From Hoyosella altamirensis (GTDB taxonomy: Bacteria > Actinomycetota > Actinomycetes > Mycobacteriales > Mycobacteriaceae): a DNA stretch of 64,000 nt. Within the stretch, counting starts at the first letter, position 1. Each line of letters starts with the position of its first letter. The notes under the pieces were generated by a model. The model had not been told where the DNA came from. It did no database searches and saw nothing but the letters and a program-made list of their open reading frames with translations. This document shows positions 57,311 through 64,000 of the stretch, piece after piece. The position numbers and the translations under genes were made by a program. Location: positions 58,654-122,653 of the forward strand of contig NZ_JACHWS010000004.1 in the NCBI RefSeq assembly GCF_014191505.1, written 5' to 3'.

Positions 57311-59224
57311 GTGTGCCCTCAGTCAGCCCGTCCGCCGCGCCGCGCCGCAGTCGCGCGTAACCGCTCGTCGGCGGTCGCGTTGCTGCTCGCCGCAGTGCTC
57401 GGTGCGACGGCTCTGATCGGGTGTGAGGCGCCCCCGGCGCGACCCGATGCACTGGTTACGTTGCGGGCATTCACTGATGCTCTTTCGGAGGGCGACGCCG
57501 CACTCGCCGCGGGCTACACGGACAGTCCCGAGCAGGCGCGAAACGACATAGAACAGGTCTTTGCTGCGCTTAATCGGGACGGGGCAGAGTTCGTGGTGCA
57601 GGCACTGACAGTTGAAAATTCGGCGGGGCGCAACGGTGCGGACTTCACTCTGGGCGCCGTCTGGAATCTCGGTGGCAGCGCGTACGGGCCCCGCGAATGG
57701 GTGTTCTCCACCAATGGCACCGCTGTGCGTGATGGGCAAAACTGGCAGATAGCGTGGCGCCCGGACATCCTTGTGCCCGGGCTGCAGGAGGGCGAACAGG
57801 TTCGCTTCCGGCCGCAGCCACCCGACCCGCCCGAGATCCGTGACAGGGCTGGCCAGACCGTGATGGCACAGCAGACGGTCAAGATGATCACCCTGGACCC
57901 TACGGAAGTGACCAGTCCAGGCTCCGCAGCCGATGCGCTCGAGCCGCTGCTACGGCCGCTCGATGCACGCCTCACTCGCGCGAAGATCCTCGACACGTTG
58001 TCGAGCGGTCGGGGCAACCCCGTCACTGTTACCGCGTTGCGCGACGAAGACTATGCCGGTATCCAGGATCAACTCGCGGCTATCCCGGGCACGACAGTGT
58101 CGGACCAGGCCCGATTGTTGACCGCGACTCGCGCGCTCAACTCTCCCGTTTTCGGTGTTCTTCGGGACTCGTGGGAAGCGCGACAGGAAGAATCTGCAGG
58201 CTGGACTGTTGAACTGGTTGATGTCAGCGGATCCGCGACAGTCCTCGCTTCCGAGCCGGGTATTCCACTGAGCGATGTGAAGACTGAACTCGACCTCGAA
58301 GTCCAGATGGCAGCACAGGACGCAATCGTTGACGTCGCCGAACCGGCTGTGATTGTCGCGCTGAAACCGAGTTCGGGGGCGGTCCTCGCGGTGGCACAGA
58401 ACGAGGCCGCGAACGAGGCCGGCCCGATTGCGCTCACCGGTTTGTTCCCTCCCGGCGCTGCCTTCACCGCCATAACCGCGCTGGCGGCGATGACAGAGGG
58501 AGTCATAATGCCCGACGAGACCGTCCTCTGCCCAGAGGAAGGGATCTACGACGAACGTCGTGTCGCCAATCCTGGAGAAGTCACTCCTGAAGAATTGCCG
58601 TTTTCAAGTGCGTTTGCTCGGTCATGCATTACGACGCTGGCGCAGATTGCGCTCGGATTATCCAACGAAGCACTGCATGACATGGCGCTGCGCCTCGGAA
58701 TGGGCCTCGACCTCGAAACGCCGGGGCTCAATACAATCACCGGCAGGGTCCCGTTCTCAGATTCGGGCACGGAGCGTGTTGAAGCGTCGATCGGTCAGGG
58801 CGAAGTCCGTGCAAGTCCGTTCGGAATGGCGCTCGTAGCGGCCTCAATTGCTCGTGGCTCCGTCCCCGAGCCAGTTTTAGTCGCGCCCAGCAACGGGCCA
58901 GCACGCGACGTTTCGAGTCCGTCAGCGACCACTGAGACCGCGGAGGATGTGGAAGAAGTCGTGCCGCTTGATCTCGCGCTGACCAACGCGCTGAAACACA
59001 TGATGCGTGAGGTGGTCACTGAGGGGAGCGCGGCGGAATTGGGGGACTTGCCGGGGCTCATCGGCGCCGTGGGAACTGCCGAAGGCGACAGGAGCGACGA
59101 ACGGCACGGCTGGTTCATCGGAATCGACGGTGACCTCGCTTTCGCGGTATTCGTCGGGGACGCGGGAACCGCTCACGCGGCTGTCGACTCCGCCGGCCGG
59201 TTTCTCAGACCGCTGCAGAACTAG
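57311..59224 (+). CDS. Penicillin-binding-protein-like lipoprotein (NTF2-like N-domain plus transpeptidase domain)
   Basis: Lipobox ALIGC. The C-terminal half resembles a PBP transpeptidase. 637 aa. Confidence 0.55.
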   Translation: MCPQSARPPRRAAVARNRSSAVALLLAAVLGATALIGCEAPPARPDALVTLRAFTDALSEGDAALAAGYTDSPEQARNDIEQVFAALNRDGAEFVVQALTVENSAGRNGADFTLGAVWNLGGSAYGPREWVFSTNGTAVRDGQNWQIAWRPDILVPGLQEGEQVRFRPQPPDPPEIRDRAGQTVMAQQTVKMITLDPTEVTSPGSAADALEPLLRPLDARLTRAKILDTLSSGRGNPVTVTALRDEDYAGIQDQLAAIPGTTVSDQARLLTATRALNSPVFGVLRDSWEARQEESAGWTVELVDVSGSATVLASEPGIPLSDVKTELDLEVQMAAQDAIVDVAEPAVIVALKPSSGAVLAVAQNEAANEAGPIALTGLFPPGAAFTAITALAAMTEGVIMPDETVLCPEEGIYDERRVANPGEVTPEELPFSSAFARSCITTLAQIALGLSNEALHDMALRLGMGLDLETPGLNTITGRVPFSDSGTERVEASIGQGEVRASPFGMALVAASIARGSVPEPVLVAPSNGPARDVSSPSATTETAEDVEEVVPLDLALTNALKHMMREVVTEGSAAELGDLPGLIGAVGTAEGDRSDERHGWFIGIDGDLAFAVFVGDAGTAHAAVDSAGRFLRPLQN

Positions 59225-59618
59225 CCCTGCGGCGGACGTAAAGTACCAGCTGCGCGATTCCCCGCCAGCCGACAAGCAATGCTCCGGTCACCAATGTTGC
59301 AGTGAGTACGAACGCCAGCGCAGCGCCCTCGCCCGATAGCAGGCGAATGATGACCCCGCCGACCATCGTCCAGGCCCACAGAGCGACGCCCGTCGGTAAG
59401 ACCGCGAGCGGGTGGGCATTTTCGAGCGCTTTCAGAACAGTAATCCAGCCAGCCGCGAGCCCCACGAGGAACGGCAGCGCGGTGCTCACGACGCCGGCAA
59501 AATTTGCTGCTTCTTCATGATGGAGACGCCCGGCGATCGCGAAAGCGACGACAGCGATGACGTCAACAATGACGGCGATGGTGACTACGCGGGCAGGGCT
59601 TTTGGTTTGCACGACCAC
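59205..59618 (-). CDS. Small polytopic membrane protein (DUF3054-like)
   Basis: Hydrophobic C-terminal 135 aa. The track N-terminus overlaps the cyclase gene, so I chose the internal GTG. Confidence 0.4.
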   Translation of the reverse strand: MVVQTKSPARVVTIAVIVDVIAVVAFAIAGRLHHEEAANFAGVVSTALPFLVGLAAGWITVLKALENAHPLAVLPTGVALWAWTMVGGVIIRLLSGEGAALAFVLTATLVTGALLVGWRGIAQLVLYVRRRASSAAV

Positions 59619-59658
59619 AGCGTAATCCCGGCAGCGGCTGCTGCCCAGTCGAGCGAAG

Positions 59659-61197
59659 CTACCGCGGTACGGCAAGCCTGGTCGGAGTGAGTCGGCCGCG
59701 CAGTGTGACCGACGTCGTGGGAAGCCAGCGCGACGACTCGTATGCGTCGGCTTTCTGCAACACCTCGAACGAGGCAAGAACACGCCCAGGCCACGTCTTC
59801 GCCAGCTCTTTGAGCCGCGCAGCCTCATTGACGGGATCGCCGATCACCGTGTATTCCAGGCGGTTGCGCGCGCCGACGTTGCCGGCGACCACACGTCCGG
59901 CTGATACGCCTATTCCGAAGTTGAGCGTCGTGGTGGCGTGGATGCGGGGCCGCAGCTCTCGAGCAGTAGCCAGCGCGGCACTCGCAACGTTGGGGAGGGC
60001 GACGGGCGCGCCAAAAACGGCGAGCGCGGCGTCGCCTGTGAACTTGTTCACCATTCCGCCGTGGGCATGCACAGTATCGACGACGACCTCAAAGAACTCA
60101 TTCAGCATCGCGACCACTCGGTAGGGTGGCAGCGCGTCGATGCGTTTGCTCGAACCCACAAGGTCCACAAACATCACCGCCACCTCCCGTGACTCGCCGC
60201 CTAGCGACCCGCCGCGGTCCAGAACCTCCCGGACAACATCAGTACCGACACGACGCCCAAACATGTCCGAGAGCTTCTCGCGTTCCGCGAGGCCATGAAC
60301 CATCTGGTTGAATCCATACTGGAGGCGGCCGGTCTCCGACCCATCGTAGATCGGCACTGAGATGTCGTAGCGGCCGCTTTTAACAGCTTCCATCGCCGCG
60401 CTGACCTGCTTCACTGGATCCGAGATCGACCGCGCTACTACCGCCATGCCAAGGAACCCGACCACGATGGTGAGAATGCCAAGTATCGCGACCGCGGTCG
60501 CTGTCTGGTCGGTGTCAGGAAAGATCGACGACAAGAACCGGAAGCTCACGACGAGAACGATCCAGAATAGTGGCAGTGCTGCCGTGACTATCCACATGGT
60601 GAGAAGCCGCATGGTGACCGAGGTGGCCGACCGGGCGTCGATGCTGACACCGTGCATCGCATCCGAGATCAATCGCCGCAGAATGCGTTCGGCGATGAAG
60701 TAGCTGATCGCGCAGCATGTGAGCCCCACCGACAGAAATGTCAGGATCACCATCAGTGTCAACTGTGGGCTGTTGATTCGTGCGACGCTGATGGCAAATG
60801 CCACGGTGACGGCGATCCACAGCGATGCGATCAGAGCTGTCTGGCGGGCTGGAGCGCTCACGATGAGAGCGTGCTGACGCGGATTGGGCATTCCGCCCTG
60901 TTCCATCCACCGGAAGATCGGCCGCCCGGCCCAGGCTGAAACCGCGACGCCGACAGCAAGCGCGAGTGGCAGAAGTGTTGAGATCAACACAGTATTCGAG
61001 CTGCGAATGTCAGGAGTGATGACGGCATTCGCGGGATGCGGAAGAACGTACCGGAGCAGAGCAAAACTCAGGAGAACCCCGAGACCGTTCGTGAAGATCA
61101 GTGACGCGCCATAAGCCAGCGTGAATGGCTTGGTGAACTGATTGAAAATCGGGACTACCGATTCCGGCAGTTCTGGCAGGCGAACCGGGCGCGTCAT
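59659..61197 (-). CDS. Class III adenylate/guanylate cyclase with 6TM-HAMP N-terminus (Rv1318c/1319c/1320c type)
   Basis: 512 aa with a 6-TM segment, HAMP and a C-terminal CHD (FVDLVGSS, FTGDAALAVFGAP). Confidence 0.8.
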   Translation of the reverse strand: MTRPVRLPELPESVVPIFNQFTKPFTLAYGASLIFTNGLGVLLSFALLRYVLPHPANAVITPDIRSSNTVLISTLLPLALAVGVAVSAWAGRPIFRWMEQGGMPNPRQHALIVSAPARQTALIASLWIAVTVAFAISVARINSPQLTLMVILTFLSVGLTCCAISYFIAERILRRLISDAMHGVSIDARSATSVTMRLLTMWIVTAALPLFWIVLVVSFRFLSSIFPDTDQTATAVAILGILTIVVGFLGMAVVARSISDPVKQVSAAMEAVKSGRYDISVPIYDGSETGRLQYGFNQMVHGLAEREKLSDMFGRRVGTDVVREVLDRGGSLGGESREVAVMFVDLVGSSKRIDALPPYRVVAMLNEFFEVVVDTVHAHGGMVNKFTGDAALAVFGAPVALPNVASAALATARELRPRIHATTTLNFGIGVSAGRVVAGNVGARNRLEYTVIGDPVNEAARLKELAKTWPGRVLASFEVLQKADAYESSRWLPTTSVTLRGRLTPTRLAVPR

Positions 61198-62726
61198 GAC
61201 TGTTCACCTCCTGAAACTCGCTTCGAAAGGTTCACGGGAACGGAAACCGCTGGCTCGGCGAGCTTTCGCTCACCGACTGAGACTACTTGCCAGTGCTGGG
61301 CTTCCTCAGGAAGCGCGGCGCTCACTGCTTCCGCGGTCGTGAGAACTCTGCTGGGGCGGGTCTTCGCATAGTCGCTGAGTTCCGTCGCTTTGATGACCGG
61401 AGTGCCGAGCACCGTGTACTCGAAACGTTCGGCGGCGCCGATGTTTCCGGCGAGCGCGCTTCCGGCGGCGATTCCGATGCCAAAATCAAGCGCGATTCTT
61501 CCGCTGAGCGTCTCCCGCATGTGCCGCGCACAGCTCAGCGCGTGACTGATCGCTTCGGGAACGTCCAAAGGCGCCCCGAAAACGGCTATCGCGGCGTCAC
61601 CCTCGAATTTGCTGACGAACCCCTGGTGCGCGGACACGGCGTCAACGACGAGTTCGAAGAACTCGTTGAGCACCGCAACAACGACTTCGGGCGGCTGTTC
61701 CGCTGCGAGCGTGGTCGAGCCGGTCAGGTCGATGAACAGTACCGACACCTTTCGTAGCGCACCGCCGCGGACGTTCCCCTGTTCGATGGCAGCGCGTGCT
61801 ACTTCTTCCCCGACGTGTTTGCTGAACAGATCGGACAGGCGTTCACGTTCGGCGAGCCCTTTCACCATGCTGTTGAAGCCTGCCTGAAGCTGACCGATTT
61901 CGGAGCCATCATAGACAGAGACACGCGCGGTGAGGTCGCCACCCTCGACACCGCGCATGGCGTCGCTTACCTGCTGCAGCGGATCCGAGATGGAACGAGC
62001 AACGACGGCGATACCGACGAAACCGATCAGCATTGCCAGAACGGAAAGGACCAGCACGGCGGTATCCATTTCGGTAGCCGCAGGTCCCGCATGGTCCGTG
62101 ATCTGTGAGAGGGAGATCAGAACTACCCCCAGGGCGGGTACCGCAGTTGTCAGGCCCCAGATCAGCAGAATGCGAATGCCCACACCAGGTGCGATCTGCT
62201 GAGACGGGAAGCGCACAGACATCGCCACGGCGGTGAGCGGCCGCAGCATGCGCTCGCCGATTATGTAGCTCAGGGTGACAGACACCGCGCCGACCATCGC
62301 GGTGGTGATGACGATGAGGACCAGGAGTTCGGTTGACTGCGCGGCCAGGTTGACGAGAACGAAACCGGAGGACGCCACAATCCAGGCGCTTGCCTCAATG
62401 GCAACCTGTCGCTTCGTCTGTCCGAGCGCGACGTGTGCCTCGTACGACCGGGGCGTGCCGCCTCGCGCTAGCCACTCGAGATTCGGCCAGGCGTACCGTA
62501 AGTGGACCCCGGCGAAGGATGCCGCAGCCAGCGGGACCGCAATCAGGAACCAGCCGACGTTGCGTTCCCACACTCCCTCGGGATCCTGAAGCACTGGAAT
62601 GGGGATAACGGCACCGATGAGAATCAGGGCCGTCATCGCGGCGATCAGGTTGATCATCAGAATGGTGAGAACGTAGGTCAGCACGATGGGGTGCGCTAAT
62701 TGCCGGAGCACATCCCATGGATTCAT
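61194..62726 (-). CDS. Class III adenylate/guanylate cyclase with 6TM-HAMP N-terminus, tandem paralogue of the downstream gene
   Basis: 510 aa, about 55-60% identical by eye to the 59659-61197 product across the HAMP-CHD region. Its stop overlaps the next gene's start. Confidence 0.8.
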   Translation of the reverse strand: MNPWDVLRQLAHPIVLTYVLTILMINLIAAMTALILIGAVIPIPVLQDPEGVWERNVGWFLIAVPLAAASFAGVHLRYAWPNLEWLARGGTPRSYEAHVALGQTKRQVAIEASAWIVASSGFVLVNLAAQSTELLVLIVITTAMVGAVSVTLSYIIGERMLRPLTAVAMSVRFPSQQIAPGVGIRILLIWGLTTAVPALGVVLISLSQITDHAGPAATEMDTAVLVLSVLAMLIGFVGIAVVARSISDPLQQVSDAMRGVEGGDLTARVSVYDGSEIGQLQAGFNSMVKGLAERERLSDLFSKHVGEEVARAAIEQGNVRGGALRKVSVLFIDLTGSTTLAAEQPPEVVVAVLNEFFELVVDAVSAHQGFVSKFEGDAAIAVFGAPLDVPEAISHALSCARHMRETLSGRIALDFGIGIAAGSALAGNIGAAERFEYTVLGTPVIKATELSDYAKTRPSRVLTTAEAVSAALPEEAQHWQVVSVGERKLAEPAVSVPVNLSKRVSGGEQS

Positions 62727-62747
62727 CGTGGCGTCGCTCTTCTGGGT

Positions 62748-63977
62748 CTACTGACGAGCATCCGGGCCCGGCGGAGATTGCTGGTCGCCTTGGGGTGGCG
62801 GATCGGGATGCTCGTGCTCATCCTGTGTGTCTTCGGCATGGAAGATATCGCCCTCAGCGAATTCTCGGTCGAGTTCAGCGTCATCCGCCTGTCTTGCGCG
62901 GAACAAGAAGAAGAACACGATCCAGCCTACGATATTAACTAGGACAAGGCTGACAAGTCGGTAAACGAATACCGTCGCAAGCGCTTGTGACGCAGGGAGG
63001 CCCGCGGAGATGGTGAGGGTCAGCATCAGCGTCGCGTCAACTGTGCCCAGGCCGCCTGGGGCTAGTGGGAAAGAAGCGACAGCTTTGCTCGCGGCGAAAG
63101 CGATGAGGATTCCGGAAATTCGTGGCTCCGCGCCGACCGCGTACGCAGCCAGGCCCAGGCACGCGACATCCGAGCTCCGGTGCACCGCGGACCACCAGAA
63201 GGTCTTCAATGCATCCCAGCGGTTCATTTGAACTGCTTCGATCTGCTGAAGGACCGTATCGACGCGATGGAGGCCCTCCTGTAGTGGGCGGCGCCGGATC
63301 CGGTTGACAAATCGAAGTACCCAGCGCCCGAACGTCTCCAGCGTCTCGGGGTTCTTTGACACATAGCGCCCGGCCACAGCAAGCGCGATGAGTCCCGCGA
63401 AAGAACCGATGAGCATCACGGGGCTCACCGTCGTTCCGACGACGAGCGCGCCGATCGCTGCGACTACGGCGAGCGTTGTGGTGGCGGTAACCCCAGCCAT
63501 CGCCAGCTGCCATGAGGCGACCACATGATTCGCACCCCAGCGCCTGGTTTGCCGATACGTGAACGCGGCCGAGAAGACCGGGCCAGCTGGCAGCGTCAGC
63601 GTCATCGAGGTAGCGGCGTAGACGACCGCCACGGACCTCCGCTGGGTGACCTCGACGCCTCCAGAGTGCAGCAGTGTTTTCTGGACCCAGCCGAAGCCCG
63701 ACATTGACAGCGCCATCGCCGAGAGTGAGGCGATGAACCACCCGATGTGGAGTTCACGCAGGGCGCGGAAAGAGTCAGCGAATGTGGGCCACAGAACGAC
63801 CCCCTGAAAGATCAGCAGGCCAACGACAATAATTCCGCCGATGATCTTCAGCCAGCGCAGCCGTTTCTGCTTCTTGGTTCTATTCGGATCGCCCGAATCG
63901 TTCCGTGCAGCACCGGTAGCAGCAGAATTTTCGTCACCAGGCATTGCCCGGGGCTGCTTCGGCGCGGACGGTGTCAC
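62748..63977 (-). CDS. Lysylphosphatidylglycerol-synthase TM-domain / flippase-like (UPF0104) membrane protein
   Basis: 409 aa with about 8 TM segments typical of the MprF N-terminal flippase-like domain family. N-terminus lies near the window edge. Confidence 0.55.
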   Translation of the reverse strand: MTPSAPKQPRAMPGDENSAATGAARNDSGDPNRTKKQKRLRWLKIIGGIIVVGLLIFQGVVLWPTFADSFRALRELHIGWFIASLSAMALSMSGFGWVQKTLLHSGGVEVTQRRSVAVVYAATSMTLTLPAGPVFSAAFTYRQTRRWGANHVVASWQLAMAGVTATTTLAVVAAIGALVVGTTVSPVMLIGSFAGLIALAVAGRYVSKNPETLETFGRWVLRFVNRIRRRPLQEGLHRVDTVLQQIEAVQMNRWDALKTFWWSAVHRSSDVACLGLAAYAVGAEPRISGILIAFAASKAVASFPLAPGGLGTVDATLMLTLTISAGLPASQALATVFVYRLVSLVLVNIVGWIVFFFLFRARQADDAELDREFAEGDIFHAEDTQDEHEHPDPPPQGDQQSPPGPDARQ

Positions 63978-64000
63978 GTCGCCAGAGTAACCATTGGGCC

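Noticed and set aside
1-64000. CRISPR arrays, tRNA/rRNA genes, transposases, integrases or prophage genes
   Set aside because: No repeat-spacer periodicity is visible. No tRNA-like GTTCGAATCC/TTCGA T-loop contexts occur in intergenic regions. No ORF resembles a DDE transposase, tyrosine or serine recombinase, or phage structural protein.

Overview
High-GC (about 65%) actinobacterial chromosome segment, most likely Mycobacteriales. The gene content has a mycobacterial flavour: Ku, LigD with Pol-PE-Lig domain order, LigC with Prim-PolC, a Zmp1-like M13 peptidase, an Rv0183-like monoacylglycerol lipase, a PimE-like GT87 membrane glycosyltransferase, tandem 6TM-HAMP adenylate cyclases and CadI with an ArsR regulator. 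Coding is dense on both strands. I found no rRNA, tRNA, CRISPR array, transposase or integrase.

Main blocks, in order along the window:
1. 1-6.3 kb: purine catabolism front end (MFS transporter, amidohydrolase-type 8-oxoguanine/guanine deaminase, three-domain xanthine-dehydrogenase-family enzyme with a separate FAD subunit and a fused [2Fe-2S]+molybdopterin subunit).
2. 6.6-9 kb: a TipAL-like MerR regulator, then a divergent cadI / ArsR pair with palindromic operators between them.
3. 9-15.2 kb: allantoin utilisation (allantoin/hydantoin racemase, NCS1 permease, PuuE allantoinase, allantoicase, and a CitE/HpcH-like lyase in the same operon).
4. 15.2-22.6 kb: a DNA-repair supercluster. Ku and LigD are divergent, followed by the GT87 glycosyltransferase, a basic Ala/Lys/Pro-rich protein, then LigC and Prim-PolC.
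5. 22.6-26.6 kb: neutral-lipid genes (HSL-family esterase, WS/DGAT, acyltransferase-3).
6. 26.6-30.2 kb: an L,D-transpeptidase, then an M13 metallopeptidase co-transcribed with a protein built from roughly 8 decapeptide repeats.
7. 30.3-38.6 kb: the most unusual locus. An NfeD-like protein, a 666-aa flotillin and a 1653-aa protein carrying a C-terminal RuvB/clamp-loader-like AAA+ P-loop are translationally coupled, with a DedA protein directly downstream.
8. 38.7-48.1 kb: a three-gene PLP/FAD cassette (SbnA-like cysteine-synthase-family enzyme, FAD/NAD(P)-binding protein, Y4yA-like fold-III PLP decarboxylase). It converges head-on, with overlapping stop codons, onto a lipoprotein plus family-1 ABC importer operon. 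I read this as a candidate route to a 2,3-diaminopropionate- or diamine-derived metabolite or siderophore.
9. 48.2-64 kb: membrane-lipid and envelope genes (two DedA/TVP38 proteins, a CDP-alcohol phosphatidyltransferase, a PBP lipoprotein, an LPG-synthase-like flippase), redox and regulatory genes (disulfide reductase, methyltransferase, ECF sigma with a ZAS anti-sigma, Crp/Fnr, pirin), the monoacylglycerol lipase, and two tandem paralogous adenylate cyclases.

Coordinates of internal start-codon adjustments are approximate to within a few bases.
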